Assembly: GCA_043804635.1 (NCBI GenBank)
Contig: JAZDIU010000056.1
Location: 6,376 to 70,375, forward strand
Reading direction: 5' to 3'
Origin: Chloroflexota bacterium
Lineage (GTDB): Bacteria; Chloroflexota; Dehalococcoidia; Dehalococcoidales; UBA2162
Length of the DNA stretch: 64,000 bases
Below are positions 1 through 9,718 of the stretch, piece after piece. The notes under the pieces were generated by a model that saw only the letters and a list, made by a program, of their open reading frames with translations, searched no databases and was not told the DNA's origin. A program made the translations under genes and the position numbers. How positions within the stretch are numbered: position 1 is the first letter of the stretch; each line of letters opens with the position of its first letter.

Positions 1-385
1 CCAATCGAGAGTCTCTTTTTTCGATAGCCCTTCGTACCTTGATGACAACGTCATCCATATCGAAAGGCTTAGTGACATAGTCATAAGCTCCCATTTTCAT
101 AGCGTCGACAGCAGTCTTTGCATCATCAACGGCGGTTACCATGATTACACAAGTCGCAGGATATTCGACTATCAAACACCGGAGTAGGTCGATGCCAGAC
201 ATCCCCGGCATCCTGATATCGGTAAGAACGGTACAGAAGTCCGCTTTTGCCATTTTTGATAGAGCTTCTTCGCCGCTATTCGCTGTGTCAACTGTAAAAC
301 CTGCTTGAGCTAGTCTTCGTCCGACTAAGGTAGCTATCGTCTCCTCGTCATCAACCACAAGCAAGCGATAACGTTCTTGAGTCAT
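1..385 (-). CDS. response regulator receiver protein (partial; 3' end lies outside the window)
   Basis: Reverse-strand ATG at 385..383 opens MTQERYRLLVVDDEETIATLVGRRLAQAGF...LTDIRMPGMSGIDLL...GAYDYVTKPFDMDDV. This is a CheY-type receiver (DD pocket, phospho-acceptor Asp, TKPF lysine). The frame stays open to position 1. It is absent from the ORF track because it is open-ended. Confidence 0.8.
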   Translation of the reverse strand, partial: MTQERYRLLVVDDEETIATLVGRRLAQAGFTVDTANSGEEALSKMAKADFCTVLTDIRMPGMSGIDLLRCLIVEYPATCVIMVTAVDDAKTAVDAMKMGAYDYVTKPFDMDDVVIKVRRAIEKRDSRL

Positions 386-394
386 TTGTAATAC

Positions 395-1438
395 TTACGC
401 TCTCTGGCGCTGGTTAGTTGCCATGATTGAAGTCAGGACATTTCTAGTCCTGAGGAAAGCTTCGACCACCTCAGGGTCAAATTGGGTTCCCTTACCACGC
501 TCTATTTCAGAGAAAGCGTCTTCATCACTTATTGCTTCCCGATAAGGACGTGCCGATGTCATAGCTTCGAAGGCATCAGCTATTGCCAGGATTCTGGCGC
601 CCAAAGGTATCTGGTAACCTTTTAACTCTCCGGGATAACCAGTACCATCGAAATGACTGTGGTGGCTTCTGATAACTTCTAAAATTTCCTCGTCACCGGC
701 AATCGGAGCCAGTATGCGTTCTCCGATCTCAGGGTGTTTCTTTATTTGTTGAATTTCTTCTTCAGATAAGGGCTGAGGTTTCTTTAAAATAAACTCGGAA
801 ATTCCTATTTTACCGATATCGTGAACTAGTCCGGCCAGGACTATCTTATCGATGCTTTCTTTTGGTAATCCCAGTTCTTTCGCAATAGCAACAGAAATAT
901 CCGCTACTCTTTGAGAATGGCCGCTGGTATATTTATCTTTGGCTTCCAGGGCGTAAGCCAGCGCTCTTATAGCGTTAAGGAAGGAGGCTCTTATTCTTCC
1001 AGCCTGTTCTTCGATTTTTTCTTCCAGATGCTGCCGGTACTCCTGGATAGTGAGTTCAAGTTTTTTCTTTTCCAGTGCCCGTCCGATACTGAGAACAACG
1101 TCATCAAGATTAAAAGGCTTAGTAATATAGTCATAGGCACCCTGTTTCATACACTGGATAGCTGTATTAATATCGGTAGTTGCTGTTGTCATTATCACCG
1201 CAGCTTCCGGGTATCCAGTTTTTATCTGGGGTAATAATTCGGTTCCCGGTTTGCCGGGCATAGTAATGTCTAAGACGACCAGACTAATCGGATTATCTTT
1301 CAGTTTGTCCAGTGCCTGTTTAGCGTCCCCGGCTTCCAGGCACTCGTAACCGGACTCGGCTAATCTCCGATGGAGGAGTCGCCTTATGGCTGGTTCATCA
1401 TCAACAATTAAGATAATTTCCCGGTTGGTGTTTACCAT
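395..1438 (-). CDS. response regulator with HD-GYP (c-di-GMP phosphodiesterase-type) output domain
   Basis: 347-aa ORF. N-terminal receiver (LIVDDEP, DITMPGKPG, TKPF). C-terminal HD-GYP signature (HDIGKIG ... HHSHFDGTGYP). It lies 9 nt upstream of the next receiver gene. Confidence 0.85.
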   Translation of the reverse strand: MVNTNREIILIVDDEPAIRRLLHRRLAESGYECLEAGDAKQALDKLKDNPISLVVLDITMPGKPGTELLPQIKTGYPEAAVIMTTATTDINTAIQCMKQGAYDYITKPFNLDDVVLSIGRALEKKKLELTIQEYRQHLEEKIEEQAGRIRASFLNAIRALAYALEAKDKYTSGHSQRVADISVAIAKELGLPKESIDKIVLAGLVHDIGKIGISEFILKKPQPLSEEEIQQIKKHPEIGERILAPIAGDEEILEVIRSHHSHFDGTGYPGELKGYQIPLGARILAIADAFEAMTSARPYREAISDEDAFSEIERGKGTQFDPEVVEAFLRTRNVLTSIMATNQRQRA

Positions 1439-1450
1439 TTTATTGTCCGG

Positions 1451-1801
1451 CTATTCCAGTGCTTTTAGTATTATAGCCTTTAATTCGTCCGGGGTAAATG
1501 GTTTGGGTAGAAACGGTCTGCCGGTTTGTTCCAGAAACGTCTGAGTATCGCCGCCCGCTATGTCTCCAGTGGTAAATATCACTCTGTTTGCTATCTCAGG
1601 ATGTTGCTCTTTTATCCATTGATAAAGCTCTTTACCGTTCATCGTCGGAGTTTTTAAATCAAACAATAATAGGTCATATTGTTCCTCAGCTAACATCTGA
1701 CGTGCGATTAAGCCGTTGGCGGCTACATCTACCTTAAAATTTTCCTTTTCAAGGACTCTGCGGCATACATCGGAAATTGCCGGTTCATCTTCGACAATCA
1801 A
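1451..1801 (-). CDS. single-domain CheY-like response regulator
   Basis: 116-aa ORF consisting only of a receiver domain (MIVEDEP, FDLKTPTMNG, LPKPF). Confidence 0.85.
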   Translation of the reverse strand: MIVEDEPAISDVCRRVLEKENFKVDVAANGLIARQMLAEEQYDLLLFDLKTPTMNGKELYQWIKEQHPEIANRVIFTTGDIAGGDTQTFLEQTGRPFLPKPFTPDELKAIILKALE

Positions 1802-1845
1802 TATTTTTTTCTGGTAATGGAGTCTTTCTATTTTACACCTTCTTA

Positions 1846-4230
1846 TTAATCGTGGATTGGTAGTTCTACGATAAATGCGGCACCTTTACCTGGTTCGCTT
1901 TCGGTATATATTCTGCCGCCGTGAGCGGTTACTATCCCGTGGCAAATGCTTAAACCGAGGCCGGTACCTTTACCCACTTCTTTGGTAGTAAAGAAAGGAT
2001 TAAAGATGCGGCTCATATTCTCTACACTAATTCCCGGACCGTCATCAGCCAGAGAAGCTCTGATAAAATCTCCCGCCCGTTCGGTAATGATGTTCAGGTT
2101 GCCTCTTCCGTGTGCTTCTATCATAAAATACTCGGCGTTGATAATAATATTTAGAAAGACTTGTTGAAGCTGAAAACCGTCAGCCTTAACTTCAGGCAAC
2201 TCAGCGAGGAACCTCGTGTTGACCTTGATGTTGTTTATTTTATGTTCATAAGCACGCATTTCAAGAACTTTTTGTATAGTGTCATTTATATCTACAGGTT
2301 GCTTTTTAGGCTCGTGCTTTCGGGCAAAAGTAAGCAGATTTCTTACTATATGGGCGGTACGCTGGGCTTCTTTATTAATCGTAGTCAAGTCTTCTTTTAA
2401 ATTGTCAGGTACGTCTTTTTCCAGTAGTAATTGTGAGAAACCGATTATGCTGGTTAAAGGGTTATTTAGCTCATGAGCGATTCCTGAGGATAACTCACCG
2501 ATAGAAGCCAGGCGGTCGGTTATGATTAGTTGTTCTTCTCTCTGTCGACGTTCCGATATGTCACGAGTGATAGAAACAGTTCCTACCGGCTTACCAGAGG
2601 CATCCTTGAAGGCGGCAATGCTCACCTCACCGGGAAATTCACGCCCATCCTTAGTCAAGAATGTGCATTCAATGTTTTTGGCATAACCCTCCTTGAATGC
2701 CTGGCGCCTATCTTGTTCAATTCTGGAACGGTCTTTATTGACGCTGAGAGAAAAAACAGGCCGTCCGATGAGTTCTGCTTTACTGTCATAACCATGCATA
2801 CGGACTTTAGCTTCGTTTGCCTCTAGTATTGTCCCCTCAAGATTAGTGATAGTTACTCCGTCAGTCATAGATTCGAACATAAGACGTAGTTTTTCTTCAG
2901 ATTGCTTTAGCGCGTCTTCCATACCTTTGCGCTCGGTGATATCCCGGACTATGGACATGTCTGCCGGCTTGCCGCCATATTCGACTAGACTGGCAGTCCC
3001 TTCTACTGGAATTTTTCTGCCATATTTACTCACGAGTTCTATTTCGTAGGTGGGAGTAAGGGTCTCACCAGCCATTCTTCGGTTATATCTGTCCTGGATA
3101 AATTTCCGCCATTCCGGAGCAACGAAATCCAATCCCGGCTTTCCGACCATCTCGTCAAGCGAGAAGCCAGTTATTTCAAGGAGTTTTGGATTGGCGAATT
3201 TTAGAATATCGTCCTGGATAATTTGAATGCCGTCACCGCTTCTGTTGACGACATTGCTGTATAATGCTTCAGATTCTTTAAGAGCTCCTTCTATCCTTTT
3301 ACGTTCGGTGATATCATGGCTTATGCCAATAAATCCGATTGGATTTCCAGATTGGTCTCTGAGAACGGCATTATTCACTTCAGCTAAGAATTCTGTCCCG
3401 TCTTTTTTAAGAAGACTGTATTCGGCACTTTTAATAAGACCACCAGCAACTCTATCTTTCATATTGTCTTCAATTCTAATGCGGTCGCTTGCAGCGATAA
3501 GGTCTAAGAGACTCCGCCCAATGAGCTCTTCTTTACTGTCATAACCATGCATACAGACTTTAGCTTCGTTTACCTGAGTAATTTTACCGTTCGTATCGCT
3601 GAGGACAGCTCCTACTGTCAGAGACTGGAACATGAGACGCAATTTTTCCTCAGACTGCTGTAGTTCCTTTTCTGTGAGTTGATGCTTCTCATCCTCTTCA
3701 ATGTTGTATAGGGCGAAGGCGACGTCACCAGCCAACTCTTTAAATAGAGATTGCTCTTCGGGGTCGAGGGCGTAATCTGACGGGACATAGACCGCGACTA
3801 CGCCGTAAACTTTCCTTCGGTATTGAAGGCGACTGATGAGTCCTTTACCACTGTTATAGTGGCTTTTGGGCAGGCAAGCATTTTCTTCTTGGAGGATATC
3901 ATCACACACTCCAAACGAATCTCTGTGTGCGAGCAACCGGTCAATGCACTGCGGATAGCTGCCTTGCTCAAGTTGCTGAAGGAAATTTCCCATTTCTTTG
4001 CCGCCGGATACTGCTGCAGAAAGGTATTTACGATTCTTATCAAACAGTAGTATCCAGGCACACAAAAATCCCCGCGTCTCCACCATAAGGTCGCAGCTCT
4101 TTTGAATAAGGCGTTCTCTATCTTTCTCTTGAACGATGAGCTGATTGACATTTCTAAGTGCTTTGAGAACAGAGTTGAGGTTTATAATTCGTTCTTTATC
4201 ATTTCTTTTAGCAGGTGTGCGTTTTTTCAT
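1846..4230 (-). CDS. multi-PAS/GAF sensor histidine kinase
   Basis: The ORF is open to 4305; the ATG at 4230 (MKKRTPAKR) is used here. There is a GAF-like N-terminus and repeated PAS modules with near-duplicate blocks (EEKLRLMFQS.. / EEKLRLMFES.., HGYDSKEELIGR / HGYDSKAELIGR). H-box is HELNNPL and the ATPase G-box is GTGLGLSICHGIV. Confidence 0.85.
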   Translation of the reverse strand: MKKRTPAKRNDKERIINLNSVLKALRNVNQLIVQEKDRERLIQKSCDLMVETRGFLCAWILLFDKNRKYLSAAVSGGKEMGNFLQQLEQGSYPQCIDRLLAHRDSFGVCDDILQEENACLPKSHYNSGKGLISRLQYRRKVYGVVAVYVPSDYALDPEEQSLFKELAGDVAFALYNIEEDEKHQLTEKELQQSEEKLRLMFQSLTVGAVLSDTNGKITQVNEAKVCMHGYDSKEELIGRSLLDLIAASDRIRIEDNMKDRVAGGLIKSAEYSLLKKDGTEFLAEVNNAVLRDQSGNPIGFIGISHDITERKRIEGALKESEALYSNVVNRSGDGIQIIQDDILKFANPKLLEITGFSLDEMVGKPGLDFVAPEWRKFIQDRYNRRMAGETLTPTYEIELVSKYGRKIPVEGTASLVEYGGKPADMSIVRDITERKGMEDALKQSEEKLRLMFESMTDGVTITNLEGTILEANEAKVRMHGYDSKAELIGRPVFSLSVNKDRSRIEQDRRQAFKEGYAKNIECTFLTKDGREFPGEVSIAAFKDASGKPVGTVSITRDISERRQREEQLIITDRLASIGELSSGIAHELNNPLTSIIGFSQLLLEKDVPDNLKEDLTTINKEAQRTAHIVRNLLTFARKHEPKKQPVDINDTIQKVLEMRAYEHKINNIKVNTRFLAELPEVKADGFQLQQVFLNIIINAEYFMIEAHGRGNLNIITERAGDFIRASLADDGPGISVENMSRIFNPFFTTKEVGKGTGLGLSICHGIVTAHGGRIYTESEPGKGAAFIVELPIHD

Positions 4231-4426
4231 ATACTTTTGTCTCGTAAATTCGCACCAATGGGAGCAAATAAAGTAGACTTTTGTCAACAGAAAGCCAAAT
4301 GGCAAACAATAGCTTAAAAATGCTAGATATAATTTACAAGCTTAGCTTGCTCTTGAGAAGACCCGAAGGGATAAGATATGTGACCTAAGAGGGTCATTAT
4401 AATGAGCCAAAAGGTTCACAATCTTA

Positions 4427-5923
4427 TTATTGAGCACAATAGCTTTGGTTGCCGCCGTTTCGTTTGGCGTGGTAGAGAGCAGTATCTGCAACGGCGATAA
4501 TCTCTTCCATTCCTTTTCCATTCGCTGGCCAGCTAGCCAAACCTAGACTCGCTGTGGTCATATTACCGACTATCATTTTTGAAGCAATCTGCTTGCGGAC
4601 GCGTTCCGCCACTGCTTTAGCAGCTGCAATTGGTGTGTTGGGGAGAAGGATGGCAAATTCGTCACCGCCATATCGGAAAGCTAGGTCAGCACTCCGTATC
4701 GTACGTTTGATAGCGTCCCCAATTTCGGCAAGTAGTTTATCACCAACCAAATGGCCGTGATGATCGTTGAAAGCCTTAAATCTATCCAGGTCAAGAATTA
4801 TTAGTGAGAAGACACCGCCATAGCGCAAATGACGGTTAATTTCATTAACTATTGTCTCATCAAGGGAGCGCCGATTGAGCAACCCGGTCAGGTCATCAAT
4901 TCGAGCCTTTTCTTCGACTTCGGTGTAAAGGCGAGCATTTTCGATATGCATAGCAATCTGGGATGCTAATTGTTCCAAAAGTGTTACCTTACTCTTGCTA
5001 TAGGTATTGGGGGAAAGACTACCTACGATTAGATTGCCGGTGACTCTGTCCTTAGCCATCAGCGGGAGATAAACCAGCGAGTGTATTCCCTGTTTAACAA
5101 AGGCTTTGCTAGAGATAAACTGGCTGCCTTGTGAAAGGTCTATTTCAACGTGGGCTTTTTTATGAGTGGTAATCCATTCCGTAGCCGTTCCTTTGACTGG
5201 AACTTCTTCTCCTACCTTCCATATAGAGTTAGCAGACAACGCCAGAAAATAAGGGCGGTTGCTTTTAAGTAAAACTACACCAGCCCAGTTAACATCAACT
5301 ACTCGCCCTAGTTCGGCAATCAGACTACCAAACACTTTCTGAATGTCGAGAGTCGAGGTTATGATAGTGTTGCAGCGATTAATCACAGATAAGTTTTCGC
5401 TTTGTCGGGCAAGTTGCTCCCGCAGGTATTCTTTTTCCATACCCGTGGCTGACCGATCGACAATACTCTTGAGGAAACGAAAATCTTCAGGTAGATATTT
5501 ACCCGATTGCTTTTTAGCTATCACCAGAATTCCGATTAACTGTTCGCGGCTTATTATCGGTAAGAGTAACGCTACTTCACCGAGATTAAATTCGGGGGGA
5601 TGGGTCTCTCTGAAGACACGAAGTTGCGGTAGCGTTGCTAAAGTCTCACTTGTCAGCGGTTTCTTTTCTCGGTTGAGATAATCAATTAGTGGGTCCTGCC
5701 GGCGAATTTTCAGATTTGTTAGAAAAGAACTTTTGCTGCCGCATTTATAAGAGAGACTGGTATAATCATCGTCATCAGTGTCCAGGAATAGCAAGCATAC
5801 CCATTCACAACCGAAAGCATCAGCAATTAATGTTACTAACTGGTTGCCTTGCTCTTGAAGTCCAAAGATATCTTGTATTCTGCTAGCGAAATCGGATAAT
5901 TGTTGACGGTAGTCCATAGCCAT
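4427..5923 (-). CDS. GAF-domain diguanylate cyclase (GGDEF)
   Basis: 498-aa ORF. Two GAF-like regions are followed by a GGDEF domain (DLDRFKAFNDHHGH ... RYGGDEFAILL). Confidence 0.85.
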   Translation of the reverse strand: MAMDYRQQLSDFASRIQDIFGLQEQGNQLVTLIADAFGCEWVCLLFLDTDDDDYTSLSYKCGSKSSFLTNLKIRRQDPLIDYLNREKKPLTSETLATLPQLRVFRETHPPEFNLGEVALLLPIISREQLIGILVIAKKQSGKYLPEDFRFLKSIVDRSATGMEKEYLREQLARQSENLSVINRCNTIITSTLDIQKVFGSLIAELGRVVDVNWAGVVLLKSNRPYFLALSANSIWKVGEEVPVKGTATEWITTHKKAHVEIDLSQGSQFISSKAFVKQGIHSLVYLPLMAKDRVTGNLIVGSLSPNTYSKSKVTLLEQLASQIAMHIENARLYTEVEEKARIDDLTGLLNRRSLDETIVNEINRHLRYGGVFSLIILDLDRFKAFNDHHGHLVGDKLLAEIGDAIKRTIRSADLAFRYGGDEFAILLPNTPIAAAKAVAERVRKQIASKMIVGNMTTASLGLASWPANGKGMEEIIAVADTALYHAKRNGGNQSYCAQ

Positions 5924-5943
5924 CTATGTAGATAGGATTAATC

Positions 5944-7008
5944 TCAATGAACGCCACCGATAAGCTTTCCTACCTCCTCCTGGTCGTTGCAGAAAGCAAA
6001 CAGGCTATCGCGAGTTATTGCGCCTGAGCGATAGAGGTTAACCAATGCCTGGTCGAGTAGGACCATCCCTAATCTGGCTTGAGTAAGCATGACATTAGGC
6101 AACTGGAAGATTTTACCTTCTCTGATGCAGTTTCTAGCCGCCGGGGTAGCCAGCATTACCTCGACGGCAGCTACTCTTCCTGAGCCGTCAGCTTTAGGCA
6201 CGAGTACCTGACATAGAATACCAATAAGAAGTGAAGCTAACCTGGATTGGACCAGGGGACGCTCGTAGGGTGGGAAAAGGTCTATAATCCTCTCAACAGC
6301 CTGAGAAGCACTCGGTGCGTGACCGGTAGTCAGCACTAAGTGTCCGGTCTCGGCTACGCTGAGCACTGCTCCTGCAGTATCCGCATCCCTCATTTCCCCG
6401 ACGAGAACCACATCAGGGTTCTGTCTTAGCACGTGTCTTAACGCCTCAGTAAAAGAATGAGTATCGCTACCAAGCTCTCGTTGAGTTATGGTGCACTTAT
6501 TATCGGTATACACGAACTCTACCGGGTCCTCGATTGTCACCAGCCGACGATATTCGATGTTATTCAAGTAATTAATCATAGCGCTTAGCGTAGTCGATTT
6601 GCCGCTGCCAGTGGGTCCGGTAACCACTATCAACCCCCGGGGTCTTAGAATAAGCTCTTTGCACAGCATAGGCAACCCCAATTCATCGATGGTCGGAATT
6701 TGCCCTTTTATAAGACGGATAACGAGACTAATCGTGCCACGTTGTTTAGCGGCGTTGATACGAAGTCGACAGAGGTCAGGGACGCTATAACTAAAGTCTA
6801 ATTCCATGTCACGTTCAAAATCGGCTCTCTCTTTATCACCAGTTAATTGAGTTAAGGCTTGTTCTATCTCTTCATTGGTCAGCGGTGCCATATCGGCTAC
6901 CTGTTGAAGGATACCGTTAATACGGAACACGGGCGGCGCAGAGGCAACGATATGAATATCGGAAGCTCCCTTTTCTGCAGCCAAATGAATCAGTGCTAAG
7001 ATATCCAT
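5944..7008 (-). CDS. pilT: type IV pilus retraction ATPase PilT
   Basis: 354 aa with GASDIHI near the N-terminus, Walker A GPTGSGKST, and PilT-type His box GHLVLTTGH. It is the last gene of the pilus operon. Confidence 0.9.
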   Translation of the reverse strand: MDILALIHLAAEKGASDIHIVASAPPVFRINGILQQVADMAPLTNEEIEQALTQLTGDKERADFERDMELDFSYSVPDLCRLRINAAKQRGTISLVIRLIKGQIPTIDELGLPMLCKELILRPRGLIVVTGPTGSGKSTTLSAMINYLNNIEYRRLVTIEDPVEFVYTDNKCTITQRELGSDTHSFTEALRHVLRQNPDVVLVGEMRDADTAGAVLSVAETGHLVLTTGHAPSASQAVERIIDLFPPYERPLVQSRLASLLIGILCQVLVPKADGSGRVAAVEVMLATPAARNCIREGKIFQLPNVMLTQARLGMVLLDQALVNLYRSGAITRDSLFAFCNDQEEVGKLIGGVH

Positions 7009-8705
7009 CAGGTTACCTTCTTAATTGTAAGAGAGAGGGAAAAAGAAATCGTTTCATTCTCAAGTTTAGCCATACTTATGTTTATACCAGCGAATCTACC
7101 ACTTTTATCAAGAGTGCTAAGATATCCCCGAACATCCTCTTCCCCAGGGGCTACGCCTTGTATGGTTAACGTTTCGCTGGCATAGCTGATTTTAGTGAGA
7201 GTAGTATTATCCGATAAACCTCTTAGTATCACTTCACCACTGCTAACCACACTACCGGGTTTTTCCAGGTCGCCAAGCAGAGCAAAATCCAGTTTACCTT
7301 GAGTTCTATCCATTTTAGTGAGAGTAATTTCACCGAATATTCCGCTCAGTCCAAGCGATTTTAGATAAGCCAAAATTTCTTTTTCACTAGGGACTTGCCC
7401 GCTCATGGTTAATTTATTGTCGGCATGACTTACCCCGGTCAAGTTAACCGAATAGGGTAATTCATTCATAGCTACATCCAATTCACGGCTGATTCCGGCA
7501 CTTTGCTTTTCGAGTGCATTGAAAGCAGCAGTTATATTATAAAGTGACGTTTCTGATTGCTTTACTTTATCCTCAAGTTCTGTGATTTTATTCAGTAGTT
7601 GTTGCCTCTCGGACTGCTGTTGCTTTAAGAGGTCTTCCGTAGTTTTCAATTCAGCTCGTGCCGAAGCGATATCGGCCGAAACACCCTGATTGAAGAATAT
7701 CATAAGAGCTACTAGACCGGCAGTAACTCCGATACCAGTGAAAGCTCCGATATTTAATAACGAAATAGGTTTTGGTAGATATGAATGGGGTAGGACGTTT
7801 AGATTAACCACCGAAGGACCGACTTCTTTTCCAGACAGACTCTGAAGAGCTAAACCAATATTAACCATATAACGGCTGGGAGTAAATTCTCCGCGGCTTT
7901 CTAAAGGTGATGATAACATTAAAACGGGGTGTCCGATTGCTTCCGATAAAGCTTGACACATCTCTGGTTCGCTAGCTAATTCTCCCGATACAAAAATAGG
8001 GACGGTAGGCGCGAGTACGTTTTCCGGATTGGTTGTATTATAAAAAGTAATAGTTCGACTCAATTCATTCTTTATCGCCGTCAATTTTTCTTCACTTGTT
8101 GGCGTCTGGGTAGCAAATGGGACACTTCTAATAGGTTGGGGGATACCATTAGCCATTACTATTATATCGAATTCCGTCATTTGAACATCGACAATTACAG
8201 CCGTCTTGTCTCTCGCCACTCTAGCCAGCAATAAAGGCTTAACATCCATAAAATAGGGTTTTAAGCCAGACAGACGTAATGCCCCAAGCAATGCATCAAT
8301 CGTCTTACGAGGCACAGCCACGAGAAATACCTGCGTTTTGCCCTGCGGAGCTGGAATAGATTGCCAGGAAAGATAAAGCTGTTCAAGCGGCACAGGTAGC
8401 ACTCTTTTTGCTTCTCGCTGAACCGCTTCAGCTAACATATCCCTAGGTAGCTGAGGAAAACTAATAGGGCGAGAAAAGCAATGAAGTCCGCTGATGCCCA
8501 CAGCGACTTTTGTAGTTCTCACTTTACAGGCGGCGAACAACTGCCTAATTTTAGCCGCAACTTCTGCCTCATTAAGAACTACGTTACCTTTCACCAACTC
8601 AGGCTCAAGCGTCCATTCCGCCCATTCTCTTATTTGTTTGCCGTGACTTACCATAAGCCGCAGACTGCTATCATCGATATATAAAGTAACAATTTGTTTA
8701 GCCAT
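7008..8705 (-). CDS. PilM-like actin-fold protein fused to a PilN-like TM/coiled-coil region with two tandem PilN-type periplasmic modules
   Basis: 565 aa. The N-terminal ~300 aa are PilM-like. One TM follows (ISLLNIGAFTGIGVTAGLVALMIFF), then a coiled coil. Two similar C-terminal modules follow (..LTMSGQVPSEKEILAYLKSLGLSGIFGEITL.. and ..LTIQGVAPGEEDVRGYLSTLDKSGRFAGINI..). It overlaps pilT by 1 nt. Confidence 0.7.
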   Translation of the reverse strand: MAKQIVTLYIDDSSLRLMVSHGKQIREWAEWTLEPELVKGNVVLNEAEVAAKIRQLFAACKVRTTKVAVGISGLHCFSRPISFPQLPRDMLAEAVQREAKRVLPVPLEQLYLSWQSIPAPQGKTQVFLVAVPRKTIDALLGALRLSGLKPYFMDVKPLLLARVARDKTAVIVDVQMTEFDIIVMANGIPQPIRSVPFATQTPTSEEKLTAIKNELSRTITFYNTTNPENVLAPTVPIFVSGELASEPEMCQALSEAIGHPVLMLSSPLESRGEFTPSRYMVNIGLALQSLSGKEVGPSVVNLNVLPHSYLPKPISLLNIGAFTGIGVTAGLVALMIFFNQGVSADIASARAELKTTEDLLKQQQSERQQLLNKITELEDKVKQSETSLYNITAAFNALEKQSAGISRELDVAMNELPYSVNLTGVSHADNKLTMSGQVPSEKEILAYLKSLGLSGIFGEITLTKMDRTQGKLDFALLGDLEKPGSVVSSGEVILRGLSDNTTLTKISYASETLTIQGVAPGEEDVRGYLSTLDKSGRFAGINISMAKLENETISFSLSLTIKKVT

Positions 8706-8716
8706 AGCTACACATC

Positions 8717-9712
8717 CTAATAACTATTATAAATTGACAGTTCAAGTTCGGCTGTCGCAATATTCTCAGTCATCTCGGAACCAGGTAAAATCTTACCCAA
8801 ATACCCCTCGATTGTCTCCTTGCTAGAGAGGGCACCAACTATTGTCTGCTGAATCATGCCATTCCCGTCAATGAGGACCGTAACCGGAAAATTTGCAACA
8901 TTGTACTTTTGGGCAACATTACCATTTGTGTCCAGAAGAACAGGCAGAGTAAGTTTTTTCGTCAGTAAGAACTCATTTATCTGTAATGGGCTTTCGCCGA
9001 CATCGATAGCCCGCACTATTAAACCTTTGCTTCCCCATTTGTCATATATCTGCTGAAGATAAGATATTCCATCACGAGAGTCAGGCCTCCAAACTTGCCA
9101 GAAGTAAAGTAACACCGGTTCGCCTTTTAATTTGCTTAAGGAAGTAATTTGTCCATCTAAATCAGGAAGTTCGAAAGCAGGTGCTGTCTGAGCTACATCT
9201 GCGGCTCCGGTCCCCATGTTGATTGCGATAGATTTAACAACACAGCGCCTGAATTGACTGTTTAAGTTACTCACAAAATTGAGTATATCAGGCGCGGTTC
9301 CTTTGATTTTTGCTTTCAGGGACATAATTGAAAAATTAATCCCTTCGAGATTGCCATTGCTGGAACCTGATACATCCAGATTTGTAACTTCGAGTCCGTA
9401 GCCTCTAGCAATCTCAAACAGTTGATTAGTAGCACTAACGCTCGTTATTTGTCCGGGTGATATTGCTTGTGCGTCTTTGTATTGTTCTTCAGTTTGAGCT
9501 AACTTACTTTCAAGCTCTTTAATACGAGATGAAAGCTCATCCGGCTGTATATTTTTTAATCTAGTTTCAGCTAAGGCTATTTTGTTATTGAGCTGATTTT
9601 TCTCATCGATTCGTTGATAACGAAACAAGGTTAAACTAACCGCTATAATAACCAAACCCCCCAGGATTATCAATAGTAATGTTTTTTTATTAAATTTCAA
9701 TCCGCCTCCCAC
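8717..9712 (-). CDS. PilO-like pilus alignment protein fused to a TlpA/ResA-like thioredoxin fold lacking CxxC
   Basis: 331 aa. TM (LLLIILGGLVIIAVSL), coiled coil and a PilO-like middle region. The C-terminal ~130 aa match the TlpA/redoxin pattern (APAFELPDLDGQITSLSKLKGEPVLLYFW...FPVTVLIDGNG), but the WCxxC position reads WRPDS. Confidence 0.6.
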   Translation of the reverse strand: MGGGLKFNKKTLLLIILGGLVIIAVSLTLFRYQRIDEKNQLNNKIALAETRLKNIQPDELSSRIKELESKLAQTEEQYKDAQAISPGQITSVSATNQLFEIARGYGLEVTNLDVSGSSNGNLEGINFSIMSLKAKIKGTAPDILNFVSNLNSQFRRCVVKSIAINMGTGAADVAQTAPAFELPDLDGQITSLSKLKGEPVLLYFWQVWRPDSRDGISYLQQIYDKWGSKGLIVRAIDVGESPLQINEFLLTKKLTLPVLLDTNGNVAQKYNVANFPVTVLIDGNGMIQQTIVGALSSKETIEGYLGKILPGSEMTENIATAELELSIYNSY

Positions 9713-9718
9713 AAGAGC

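Noticed and set aside
911-1234. 107-aa plus-strand ORF, and dozens of similar 60-180-aa track ORFs lying antisense inside longer genes (for example 30664-31200 inside selB, 36473-36937 inside fabG, 19616-20014 inside rel).
   Set aside because: Each is fully embedded opposite a longer ORF with clear family motifs. Their translations are low-complexity (Ser/Arg/Leu-rich) with no recognisable motifs or SD sequences. They are typical shadow ORFs.
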